62,982 bases of DNA, filler included, from Choristocarpus tenellus KU-1152 (GCA_964200185.2; 11 parts of 11 records of this genome joined end to end with filler, not necessarily neighbours in it); one strand, 5' to 3'; positions 1 through 12,281 are shown, counted from the first letter of the whole stretch. Program-made: numbers and translations. Notes: a model not told the origin generated them from the letters alone.

Positions 1-637
1 GGGATCCCGGACCTGTGGTCGAAAAAGCAGTCCAAAGAAGGCAATACACACTGCTGGAGGAAAGGCAACGAGGACCAATAAAAAAAAAAAGTGTAAGAAA
101 AAAGTAAGAAAAACAGTAAAGAACTCGCAGGAGAAAAACACCAATACCCAAAAATGTAAGGGAATAGAAGAAGGAAAATTAATGAAGTATGCAAGAGAAA
201 TTGTTCCAATAAGAAAGCAGCATTCAATGGACAGAGAAGTAGGGTATTGGTGGCTTGGGCGACCTTAGATATTGCTATGGTGTGACGTACGTTAGTTATC
301 ACAGCTTCCTTGGAATACCATTCGGCCATGAACCTCCTTCTGCTGTTAACCATATACTCATACTACTCCTGTTCGTTAGTACAGTCGTGCTCCAACCCTC
401 AAATCCAATCCCTAACTTGTCAAGGTTGTGTTGAGGGCATGTCCACCGGTTGTACCCCTGTCCACTTTGCTTTCGTTTTCCATCCGCAAGGCTCTCCAAA
501 CATTAATATATTTGGTAGGCTGTGGAGTAGCTAGAGGCAGAATATTCATATTACAGAATATATATAATAGTGACGCACGATCAGTTCGCTTGCCACGGGG
601 AAAAGGATGATCCAAACCTGATCTGCGCGAATAGAAG

Positions 638-682
638 CCTGGCGTCGAAGAGGTTCGAACCCTCTAAATCAATGTAGATAGT
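638..682 (+). promoter_or_regulatory. Upstream dyad motif (GGCGTCGAAGAGGTTCGAAC...ATGTAGATAGT), copy 1
   Basis: Lies 300-345 bp upstream of the RCC1 ATG. Similar sequences occur at 6068-6086 (+) and 32704-32745 (-), each upstream of and co-oriented with a gene. Function is inferred only. Confidence 0.4.
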
Positions 683-981
683 CGCAGCATTCTCACAGTA
701 CATATTGACAAAAAATGTTGACATAATAAAAATTTATGACAATACGTATTTCATTCCCCCAGTGGTGCAACTGGATGTCCTGAAAAAGAAAGAAAAAAAC
801 ATTTGGGTGGACCCCGTACCCCACATTCCACAATCCAATCACTCTCACAATCCTACCTCCTCAGTCAAGCACTTGAAGAATTTTCACCAGTAGACAAAAG
901 CTGAATAGTTAGTACCACCCCATTACTACCCATGCAGCAGATCATTTCCAGTTAAGGTTGGTAGGTGCTCAAAGCAACCAC

Positions 982-3594
982 ATGCGTCCTCTCCTTTCGA
1001 TCAAGCGTTCAATATCACCTTTCCTCCTTGTCCGATCACTCAAGCGACCTCTGCACATCCACACGAAGGGAGAGGGTTTCTTGGGATGTCTAGGGCAGGG
1101 AGACTTCTTCCCTCGCGAGAACTTGGAGCCTGTGAAGTCTTTGAAGGGAATAGATGTGCGCCAGGTATCTTCTGGGTGGTCTCACTCGGCCGCTGTTACT
1201 AGGGATGGCCACTTGCTCGTATGGGGGAGGCCCTACGACTTCAAGGGTTCGCTTCGACTTAGCAATCTAAACCGATTTGCGCCGATCATGGTTCGGGCTG
1301 TAAATGCCTTCGCGGACTCAAGGGAGGTCATGACGGAACCAACTATAATGCCTATCATCGGTCAAGAGGTTTCAACAGAGGGGGGCCCCTCCATGAGGGT
1401 AGACGTCAAGGTTGCAAGCGTAGGCTGCTCTTCTGCTTTGACGGCGGTACTAACTGATGCTGGCCACGTATACTGCATGGGGCAAAACCGATGGGGTCAG
1501 TGTGGGGTGGGAAGTGAAAACCCAAAGCACATACTCTCACCCACACGGTCTGGAGGAGTACTACTCAAAGATGAGAAGGTACAACCCTAAGCAGTGATAT
1601 CGTTTACCAGGTGTTACCAGGTCGCATGAGAGATTGGACGATGTTGGTGCTTCTTCCTCCCTTAGCCCATACTCTTACGCAAAGAGAGTTTGGTAACTGA
1701 ACTCATTCGTCAAAGGGGTCTCTCAGACGACTCCCTCTTCGTCGATGCATATGCACGTGCAATGCGATCGATGGCATTTGCATGTCTTCTTCAGGTCGTT
1801 CGTATGGCACTGGGATTTCAGCACGTTCTGGTTTTGAGTGAGTCTGGAAAAGTGTTCGGTTGGGGGAAGGGCGAGAGGGGTCAGCTGGGCAGTACAGAAA
1901 CCGATGTCCGTACCGCGGTCCGAGGTGAGGACATGTTGAAGTTTTTGAAGGGTAGCTCCCAAAAATATTTTTGAGAGCATACTTCCACCTTTAATAATCT
2001 TGAAAGACCTGTTTTTCCCCTTGCCCCTCTAACACACACCTCACCCCAACTCTGGCAGTTCCGCTGCCTTCTAAAGCAGTGTCCGTGAGTTGTGGTTTTA
2101 ACCATTCAGTGGCTGTCCTTGAATCCGGTGAAGTGTATGTCTGGGGGAAGATGCAGAATCCAGAAGTCCGAGATTCCTCAGGACCTGTTCCCGTCTACCA
2201 TGATCAACACGAGCCACGCCGTGTCAAGGTTGCATCTCCCGAGATCAGTGCCGGTGACATCAGCGATGTTGTTATCACGGAGGCTGTCTGTGGTTCATAC
2301 ACTACTGTTCTAAGATCAGAATGTGGAAGGTAATATCATCCTTAATCTAGTATTAGTCTGAAATTGTATTGTACAGGTATCTTTATTTTGATTGGAAAGC
2401 CTCGCAGTCGCACAAAACCCTACTCATGTACTGATGAAAATTCTAGTATAAACATAATCAAAGCTCCATCATACATGTTTTTTCTGAATCAGTCCTTTCT
2501 TGATAAATCTTTGATGCTGTATGATTTAAACAGGTTATTTATCTTTGGGATAATGTCGGACACACGTCATATTCTACATACCCCACGGGAGGTGAGCAGT
2601 TTGTGCTGTTATGGGGCATCTCTTTGTGCACATGACCTGAAAGTGTCTATATAGAGGTTTGGTCAGATTTTTTGTCTAATGAAATCCACAACAGATCTTA
2701 CTCCTGTTGCTGTTCCATGTCAGTTTATTTTAACTGTGCGTTTCCACGATTTGATGTGGTGTACTTCAATATCGGTATCATTTGATAGTATTTTGAGCTG
2801 GTCATGAAGACGTGGTTGTCACAGGCTGCGATATCATGACTACCAACCTTTATGCGCGCTCAGGGTTTTTAAATCTCTTCTCCTTTGGAGGATGATGTAA
2901 CCCGTTTCATGAGGCACAAGCGCGGTGAAAGGCTCTAAAACAAACCAACAGCTCCGGAGGTTTTGAACCCTGTCGGGTTCGTCCTGACGGGTTCCCTCAA
3001 TGGCTAACTCTATATTCCCATCCTTGGGCGATGCTTCCTCTTCCATTGTGGTTGAGGTAGCTGTTACGTGTCGGGGAATAACCATAGAGTATACATATTT
3101 GTAATGTGTTACATACTGTATTAACTGTAGCCCCTGAAAAGGTTTGTTCAATAGGATGTACATGCCAGCTTATTACTATATTTAATTTATTTGATCTCCA
3201 CATGTGTTTTGTGTAGAATTTCTACACGAATATGTACTAGCAGTGAGCTAATATATTGGCGTCACTGATCTGGGATATTTTATACCTTTTTGGCTCACAA
3301 CGTTACCTCCCTTTGCTTGTTTCTGTATTGCTATTGTTGTATCATTCAAAGGTAAATTTGCCAGTGTCGCTTCCACCTTCTGGACAGTCATCCGGTCTGA
3401 ATGACATTCTTGTTGTCACTGAAAAGGGAGAGTGGGCTTCCCTTTCACTCCTTAGCACTGGAGTATTCCTTGATGTGATTTCTTTCAATGAAAGTGCCAC
3501 GGGAGAGGAAGCAGCAGAAAATGAAGGATTGAGCAGTTCATCAGTCAAAGCATTGTGTGTTGGTTGGAAGCATATGTTGGCGCTTGTAGGTTGA
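982..3594 (+). CDS. RCC1/BLIP-II repeat (beta-propeller) protein, possibly mitochondrial RCC1L-like; complete, 5 exons
   Basis: Exons 982-1578, 1795-1924, 2059-2329, 2534-2591 and 3352-3594 join in frame via GT-AG introns. RCC1 repeats: VSSGWSHSAAVTRDGHLLVWG, GHVYCMGQNRWGQCG, MALGFQHVLVLSESGKVFGWGKGERGQLG, VSCGFNHSVAVLESGEVYVWG, LCVGWKHMLAL. The Arg/Ser/Leu-rich, acid-free N-terminus resembles a mitochondrial presequence. Confidence 0.88.
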
Positions 3595-4964
3595 TTATAT
3601 CATGTTCCTACTTTGTCAGGATGGGGAAGGCAAAATCTTAAGGGGTCTGATCTTAGGGTAAACGTCAAAGAGGGAGTCAAGTTTTCGGATGCATGATTTC
3701 TTCCTGAAGGCATTATTGTTTGGAGATGGTTAGTACATACCCCACACGGATTATTTTGTTAGGGTAATGTTTTTTGCTGCCTACATATGTTCTCTCAGTA
3801 AAATGACACGTACCTTCTATGTGCAATGTGTCTAGAATTCTAATGAAAGATATCTGTGGTGTCAATGGGGGTACTGGAGTCTTTTCCATTTAAGAGAATA
3901 GGAGTTGCCCTGATTGTCTGTTTGGGGTTTGACTCCACACTGGTGTCTTATCCCCTTTTCCGGTTCTCTGTGTGAGCACAGTTACCTAAAATGTATGTGG
4001 CTATGAAAAGTGCCTGTAGGACACAACTGAAAGCAAGGCGTGAACAAGAATATTGTAGTTAACACCTTGCATTACGATTGTTAATCTGAACGTGATTCTT
4101 TTGAGCTCCATGATACGAGTTAGTGACTACTCAAGTAGGAAGAAAATAAATTCATTTGTTATGGTAAGTGCCTAGCGTGAGACTGTAGAAAGGTAGCCGA
4201 CGTGAAGGATGCTAGAGTGAGTCCAGAGGGCTAGGATAACTTGTGTAATGTATGGAATTGAAATGTACCAACGAAAGTGAGTACACACTCAAAACGCTTT
4301 TAAGATGTCTTCGTTGAAGGTGTCGCATTCTTCCAGTTAACAGTGACGAAAAATCTTACACGCCGAGGTTAGTTGGCTGCTTCCACCCGATAGTACTCCA
4401 TACTAAGACTTTTCCAAAGTTGAAAATGAAACATCGCTTGTTCATGACATTGTAACACATGTGCACGAAATAAACCATTCGGTTGGTTGTGTGACGATAC
4501 CAAGGGTACCTTCAATCGTGAATTCTCGTTGCCGATGCATTTACGTCGCAAATAGCGTGCACGTTTATCAATTTATTATGTTACACTTGCAGGTTTCAAA
4601 AACTTCTCACACACGAAGATCATTTCACAATACTGCAGATATCTAATACCACACAGACGAGAGTAATGTCCATTGGCAGAAGATACACTACAAACTGACT
4701 TTATGCCGTATCATCAGTCGAAGTAAATTTGGTAGGGTTTCAACGTAATAATGATGAACAATGAGCCAAACTAATGGAGACGTTTCTACCCGTTTGCATT
4801 CCAAGTCACTTTCTTAACCTCTTTAACACACTCTATTTATACACAAAGACTCTTCCTGTAATAGTACATTTTTGGGTCATGCCCATCCTCAATCTTAGAA
4901 ATCGGTCGTTATATCCATATATATATATGTATGGTGCATACTTTTTCGGAGTTTCGGATAACAC

Positions 4965-5530
4965 AAATCTAATATTTTTATTATTATGCCCTCTGACAAT
5001 TTGCAGGCGTGTCAGGGGGAAACCAATGAAAACTGTTCATGTCATTATCAGCCCTAAGGAAATAAAATATCCTAAACATAAGAACACTGTAACACATTGT
5101 AAGTGTGGAAACCACCACTAATCTATCAGTTACTTCGCCACTATCAAATATTGTGCCACTGTCTTCCTTTGCTTCCCATCTACCTACTCCTGTGCCCCGG
5201 GGAGCTAGTGAGGCATCCCAAGAATCCAACACTCCTCTGTGCCCATTTCCCTGTTGACTCCAGTTTGAAGTGCATGACGCGTCGAGACAATGCCACTTGC
5301 GTAGTCACCGAAACAATTTGGCGTAGCCTGGATTTAACCACTCCTTCCTGCCATATCCTCCTGCTCCTCTACCTCGTACCATGTGAGTAGCCAGCTCATC
5401 CAGGAAGCATTCCGCGTGCTTGCCGAGGCGCCCAAAACTTTCCACCACAAAGGTGTTGAGGTTATAACTACGAGGATCGAAGGAGCCCTCGTAGTGGGTG
5501 CGCTTTCGTGCCTTAGCTGCAGCAGCAGCT
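4965..5530 (-). mobile_element. 5'-truncated non-LTR retrotransposon 3' end (CRE/R2-group, restriction-like endonuclease region plus 3' UTR)
   Basis: Minus-strand translation gives AAAKARKRTHYEGSFDPRSYNLNTFVVESFGRLGKHAECFLDELATH and, after a frameshift, GVVKSRLRQIVSVTTQVALSRRV. This fits the K..Y...E..G.LG pattern of RLE-type elements. A second copy lies at 53477-53804. Confidence 0.7.
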
Positions 5531-6067
5531 ACACCTAATATTGAATTGTATGTTGTATGGATCAGGTAATTCCATAATTCTTATCTTGTGCAATAACTGT
5601 AGGAAAAAATTAAGATTTCTGGCTCCATGTGGTAGAGACCACCTTATTAGTGTTGAGCGCTACATTGTTAGACGATACAAAAAAATATGTTTGTCTTCAA
5701 AGTCTGGGGACTACATCCTGACCCAAGATCGGAGGCACTACACACTGCACTACTTCTCAGTCTAGCTACTATTGTAACGAAGTGTTTCGTCGAACTATTA
5801 CTTGTACTCCCTGCGTATGTGCTTAAGTTGCTTCTTGTGTGTTGGATTCAGTCATGGCACTACTTCTCACTCCACCCTCTCCCTCAAATCTTGTGCTGAA
5901 CTTGGCTGGGCGCTTCTGTTCAATGAAGTTTTACAAACCTCTTCGTTCTTGGCGCAGCAACGTTTGTGGAATAACAACATTGGATAGTACAGGGTGCGCG
6001 AATCTGTAGTCCGTGTCGTCGGGATTTCTTTCGATAATCGAGACCAGAATTTCATGAAAAGAAGTTC

Positions 6068-6086
6068 GGCGTCGATGGGGTTCGAA
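6068..6086 (+). promoter_or_regulatory. Upstream dyad motif, copy 2 (GGCGTCGATGGGGTTCGAA)
   Basis: 17/19 identical to 641-659; about 220 bp upstream of the MFS ATG. Confidence 0.4.
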
Positions 6087-6301
6087 TCAGTGAAGTTTAT
6101 CAATAAACTTTTCTAACCATCACAACTCCACTAGAGGTCCCAGAGCAGCCTAGAGCGCTTCAGAGCGCCGATATTGGCATAGTAGCGAAGGAAATATGTA
6201 GGATTCAATATTCCCCACACTACTGTGTTACTAGGTTGTGTGTGATTTCCCACTCCTGTACAGTTTCAAGCTCCCGGCTTTGTATCCATCTTGTACCTAT
6301 T

Positions 6302-8545
6302 ATGCGTGTCAGCCGCGTCTTAGGGTGGTTAGGACTTTCGCTACTGTTTGTGTTCCATCATGCTGGTGCCATTATGGACTCCTTTCCTGCACAGAGCAAG
6401 ACCAGGTCAACTGCAACTTGGACGAGCAGGGTGGTTCCTTTGAGAGGCGGGGGGAAAGGGAAGAACGAAGGACTCCCTGTATCTGTAAAGGGTAGGGTGG
6501 AGAATAAGATGCAAGCAACTATCGGTTCCGCCAGTGAAGTTGGAAGGAGAGAATCTTCTCGCAGGGTCAGCATAAGGTACATCGAAAAACTCCCGTTCGA
6601 CCGCGTTGCACTGGTCTTCCTTCCCCTGATTGTAATAATATTGTACCACAATCACGAAATTGTGGATCGTGGTAACGAGAGGATGGTGCCTGCTCCACTA
6701 GACCTCGCCTGAACCGTTTCGTCATGTGTCCTGTCCATCCCAGGTGGCCAATTTTCTCGGCCTTTCTGTACTTCCTCAGCATGTCGTTCACCGTTCCTGT
6801 GTTTCCGAAGCTCATCAACCAGCTCATGAATGAAGACCAGAGCACTAAGGTGGGGCTTTGACAGCTTTTTTTTATGAAAGAGTCAGCACAGAGGTCCCCG
6901 TTCATGGCTGCGTTCTCTCTGCATTCCCTCGTAACTACACGGAAACCAGACACACACAATGAAAATGAACAATAACTACCAACAGGTAGTACCTATCCGT
7001 ACTGGAAGGGTGTCACAGGTTTATTAGGTGAATACCCGTTGATGGCGAATACACTGTGATCCTGTTACCAAGTCTTTGCCGTATTCACCACTTCAGTACT
7101 GCCATGTACTTCTTGTTCGCCTTCAAAGTTGAGGTTTTGCCAAGAATTCTGTTAACACCCCCTCCCCCGTCTAACACACACAATGTTTTCTTTCGTCTCC
7201 TGATGCTGTAGGCTACAGCTGCATCGGCAACGACGTACGGCCTTCTTGCGTCCGTGGATTACACATTCACGTTCCTCACAGTGAACCTACACGCAATGCT
7301 TAGCGACAAGTTTGGTCGGCGTCCGTTCATGGCCCTCAGCACTCTGGGCCTTGGCATCGGCTTCACCATCACCTTTCTTAGCAGGAAGGTGTGTCTCAAG
7401 CATCGCAACACGTTCCGTTCAGTGTTGCTCTTACAGCAATATCGTGTTACATAAGTCTGGGTGTACACTGTGAAAGGTACTACTGACGATGTAACAACTT
7501 GCTGTATCTAAAATCCAAACTGTTAGCCTGTTGTTGATTTTGCCTCTTGTATCCATATTCTTCAGTGCCAGTTACTACTGATGTGGATTGCTGGTGTAGG
7601 TCTAATGCTAACCCCCCTCTATTAGGTTTGAACAAATCCTGATACTTCTTAATTGATAGGAGCTGCTAGTACTACTAGGCGATCCCACACACTCCACTGT
7701 ACTTCGACTTGGATACGTGTTATGTCCAAGAGAATACAACTACAGAAAAAGAGCGTCCTAGTTTCTCATATGGCAGGGCGTGGAAAAATGATCTGTCTAT
7801 ATGTTAGAGTGAATCCCTTGCGATCACATTAATAAATGGACGTGGAATTATGTGCAAGGCAGGGTGTACCCCAATATGTCTTTTTAAGTTGTATGCCATT
7901 CAAGTCGGATAGTTTGTGAAAGCACTTTTAATTTTAATAAGTTAGTATCTGTTGTCCGAGAAGACGATCTTTCTAGTATTGATCACTCATCCAATCCATC
8001 TGCTTGAATTTGCACCCTCCGTTACTGTTTTTTTTGTGTATTGATACACTACACTTCAGTACGCACACATGAGCGCAATTATGTACCTGTATCTGTATTC
8101 ACTAAGTAGACCGTGGAGTGGCATGGTACAGCAACAAAGATAATGTCTCTCTACAGTGCATTATTTGCATCCCTTCCAGTTGACAATTATGTAGTTGCAG
8201 ATGGAAAAAAAGGTTCTAATCATTCTTTTGTGCTTTTTATAAATTTATCACCCATACACCCTTTTTAAAAATTATTCTGCACTGTGTTCTGAAGTGCACT
8301 GAGTTACCAATATATGGTGCAAGTCGGTTGTGTTTGGAACTCCCCTACATGTATCACCCTGACAGGCGATGTTGTTGTTCAGTTTGGGAAGCCTGAAATC
8401 GAGTGGTGTATGGGTATTTCTGTCAATAATCATACTCATTTTTTGTTGTTGAATGAATAAGCTGTTCACCATTTCACTCTTTCTCCTTCCAAACTGTTGA
8501 GATGGTCTTATTGTATTGCTTGGGTGGTGTTGCTCTCTCTCTCTT

Positions 8546-8584
<39 letters not shown>

Positions 8585-10567
8585 AAAATATTTCATTTTC
8601 TTCGCTCTTGTGTACATGCTCCCAGGTCTGGATGTTGATAACGGCTGCAGCTATTGATGGTTGCACCAGCTGTATGTACAGGCAAGCATCTATGTTCGCA
8701 TATGTATATATATGTGTGTGTGTATGTATTTATATACTCTGTCTTATAAGTTTGTTCCATCATGCATGTACCTCTTTGGGATGACCTCGGATTTCAAAAC
8801 GGATTTCTGTGTTGGATTCCTCGGAATATTTTATGGAAAACGAGTCATTTTGAAAAAAACAAAAAACCGAAATTGTTCTGAAGATAGGAAACAGAGGTTA
8901 GGTCGAGATAGGCCCACAAGAAGGCACTGGATTGGTGGATTGACGGCTTTGAGTGAAAGTGAAAAAAGGTATTCTAATGCAAAAAAACATACAGGAATCC
9001 AATGCAAAAATCCGTTTTGAAATTGGAGGTCATCCCGAAGAGGTACATGTGTAAAGGAACGGTATTCTAATGGGACAGAGGGAGTATAATATCAAAAACA
9101 CAAAAGATGAGTAGCCTATGTTCAACACGGCCCAGACCTTACTATACTCTTCAAATATAACTCTTCTTACGTAAAATGTTCTGAGGAATCCAACACAAAA
9201 ACCCGCTTTGAAATTGGAGGTCATCCTGAAGAGGTATATGCATGGAGGAACAGGCTTATGGGACAGAGGGAGTATGTATGTGTATGTGTGTATGAATATT
9301 TATGTATATATAATGCTCTTGTACATAAAACTATAAATTGTATCTGTGGAGGGAAGAGATACATATATTCAGTCAGTCATTCTTCCTACACTACTGCACT
9401 AATAGGATGTTGATATAAGCTGATGATGCCGAAATTCCTTTTTGTCCACATTTCTTTATTTCTTTCTTTATTTTTTGTATTAAAAAACATATATTTGAGG
9501 GTGGGGGGTACGTGCACCCTGTAGGATGTACAGAATGTCGAAAATATTTTTCGCAATTTTTTGTTGTTGTTTCTGTGCTGTTATACTCTATCCCTAACCC
9601 TAATATAACACAGAAAATGTGTAACATTGAAGAATACCGCCATACAATTTAATTTGTAATGTGTTGAGGTTGGGGGAGTGGTGAAGAAGCGGAGGATTGA
9701 GTGGATGGAACCTGCAATACAATTTTGTAGAGGCGTGGGTTGTATATGGAAGAAGGCGTTTTATATTCATGTAACGGCTTATTCCGTAATATAGCATTTT
9801 GTGTAATCCAATTATGAGTTGCATGCCCAATAATGGAAATGATACAAAAAGCGATGTGATGGGAGTGGTTGCAGGTAGAATGCACCCTATTTGCTGCATG
9901 TGACAAGCAAGCCTCTCTGTTGGTGGAAATATTGCTGTTTGTGGTGTGTGCATGTAATTATATTACAGCGTGCTCTACGCCTCTCAATCCTCTATTTATT
10001 GTTGGCGTAACCTGTAATAAATATTTTTTTATTTCTCGTGTGATTGTCCCTTTTTTTCTGTCATTGATACTAGTCTATTTTGACTGTAACTGTGAACAAT
10101 ACAAACAAAAAAATGTTCCTTTTTGATAATGCCTGTTTGCATTTGTACAGAACTTGAGGCAACACTTCAATCACAGTTGAGAACTAACTCCCTGCTCTCT
10201 ACTCCAATATCCGTACTGTTAGTGAGACCAACCCTGCATCTGCAGTTTTGTGCTTTAAAACAAGAACAAATCAGCACTCTGCTTGCGAACCCCCCCACCC
10301 CCCCCCTCCTTTCCCCCCTCCTCTGACTGCTCTTTATCCTGTTGTTGGTAACATCGCCTTTGTGTTAACAAAACCTGCTTGACTAACGGATTGAAACAAA
10401 AAGATCTCATAAATGAGGGGGAAAAAATCTGTATGAAACAACAATGGATCTTGTCGTGCGCAGCATTGCGCAGGCGTGTGTGAGTGACGGAGTGACGGAT
10501 GTAGCGCGCCGAGGCGAAGCTTTTGGCATTTTCCAGGGAGTTGCTATAGGGATGGCGTTCATGATGG
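6302..10567 (+). CDS. Major facilitator superfamily transporter (TetA/DHA1-like), N-terminal half; 3' part missing (contig ends at 12281)
   Basis: Exons 6302-6576, 6744-6849, 7212-7388, 8626-8681 and 10464-10567. MFS motif A (LSDKFGRRP), TM1 FLYFLSMSFTVPVFPKL, and DGCTSCMYSIAQACVSD...RRGEAFGIFQGVAIGMAFMMG. N-terminal signal peptide followed by LRGG. Confidence 0.87.
8533..8584. repeat. (CT)n microsatellite, intronic
   Basis: Directly visible, just upstream of the MFS exon 4 acceptor. Confidence 0.95.
8737..9272. mobile_element. Tc1/mariner-type (Stowaway-like) MITE at 8737-9084 plus an adjacent inverted half copy at ~9110-9272, inside MFS intron 4
   Basis: The terminus GGGACAGAGGGAG|TA (= TA|CTCCCTCTGTCCC) occurs at 9084 and 9272, with a degenerate left end at 8737. 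The arms TACCTCTTTGGGATGACCTC..ATTTCAAAACGGATTT are inverted relative to 9008-9048 and 9199-9240. Confidence 0.75.
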
Positions 10568-10661
10568 GCAAGTGTGTTTGCTTCATATTTTTTGATGCTT
10601 TGGTGTTAAGATTAAATGTATACATACTATCTGCACTGTGGGGGGTGTCTGTTTGCACCTT

Positions 10662-10664
<3 letters not shown>

Positions 10665-10699
<35 letters not shown>
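10665..10699. repeat. (TG)n microsatellite
   Basis: Directly visible. Confidence 0.95.
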
Positions 10700-10702
<3 letters not shown>

Positions 10703-11925
10703 GGTGTGCAGATTTTTTTAGTTTGCTTCACTGGTGTTGGTTTCAAGGGTTAGGTGTCGGTTACATCTAGTTCGTATTTCAATCGTCGTATTTCTAATGG
10801 AATACATTTTTGGTGGTGATGGTGGTGGTGGTGGTGGTGATGGTGATGGTGATGGCGATAGGTTTTGATCTGTGTAAGGTCTACCTTGTAGAAATGTTTT
10901 TGAAAGAAGATATGAGAAGGTATACCCTATTTCTTGAGTCTTTGGGAGAGTTTTTTTTATGTCCTTTCGTTTTTTTTTAGTGTTAGGGTTGTGTTGAACA
11001 TTTTATTTGAGAAGAAAAAGAGAGCAGCGGCATTATTGAAGAACTATTTCATCGCCTCGTTTTAAATTTAAATAGGACTAGAAGATAAAATGGCCTATTT
11101 TCTGAAGTATATATCATTAAAAAAAAAATTATCGTATCTCTTAGAGTAATACAATTGGGTGACTTCCGGAAGGAATGAATGTGTCGCGAAGTTCAGAAAA
11201 AAAGTATGCTTCCTTTTTTACAGTAGAATATTCCTGTAAATTTCCACGAGAAAGATGTATTCGTTTAAACTATGTCTACTTTTGTGTTTAGTTAAATTCG
11301 CAGATATGAATAGTTAGTGAAAAATTAATTTGTGTATTTTTAGCACTCGATGTTCGTACAGGGCGATTGTCATCAATGCTCCAGAACGCCCCGGAGTGCA
11401 CAATTGATACGATCTGCAATCCGGAGTAGCTTTTGACTTTTGCTGACAATGCTGAACCACGAAAGGTCACTGAGCTACAGGGGGGGAGTATGGTTGCCCT
11501 CTAATCCCTACCATGTCGTAGGACGTCCAACATATGGGTGCGTTTTTAGACCTTTTTAAATGTGAAGGAATTATTATCTGGGTGAGGGGCCGAGGAGAGC
11601 TTTCCAAATAGCTTATGTCTCAAACAAGATCCTCGCTGATTTGTACAGTGCTTGGGCAGTTTAGGTTTATGTGTATGTATGTAAACGCACTTAAATTTAT
11701 GTATTCAAATGGTATTTGTACCCTCTGAGCAAGGCACTGACACCTTGGGGAGCATGACATTGTTGTTTTTGATGGCTTTTAAAAATTGTTGACCTTGACG
11801 TTGGTAGGTTGGTGGTGATGTGGTAAGAGTTGAGACATTGGTAGATGTCACGCTCAAGGCTAGGACTACGTAATGGTCTTGATCTCATTTTTGTTCTACA
11901 AGCAGGTAGGTACTACCTGAATTTA

Positions 11926-11936
11926 TTTATTTATTA

Positions 11937-11977
<41 letters not shown>
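11926..11977. repeat. (TTA)n microsatellite
   Basis: Directly visible. Confidence 0.95.
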
Positions 11978-12281
11978 GCCATGTGAGGGGTGGATCAATA
12001 ATAAAATCCTGTATGTATGTATGATCCATTGCATGTAGCTCTTGTTTATTACATTATTATTATTATATATTTTTTCCACTTTTTTTCCATTCCCTAGCAT
12101 TTTTTGCATTTTGCACAATAGAAAAAGACTTCACCGTAACTTAAAAAACCCCCGTATATCTCTTGATACACCTATTTTTATCATGTGAATCTGCTTCTAA
12201 ATGCCACACTTCAGTTATTCAAGGTCCACCCTACCCTCCACCCTCCCCAAATCACGTTCCTTTTTTCCCCCTCCCCCCCCC

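Noticed and set aside
1-300. Possible LTR fragment, weakly similar to 5706-5750 (AGGCA.TACACACTGC)
   Set aside because: The match is too short, and no TG...CA boundaries, PBS or PPT could be established.
2840-3163. 107-aa minus-strand ORF nested in RCC1 intron 4
   Set aside because: No recognisable domain or supporting splice structure.
6030-6100. tRNA gene suggested by GGTTCGAATC
   Set aside because: No cloverleaf, acceptor stem or A-box could be built; kept only as part of the upstream motif.
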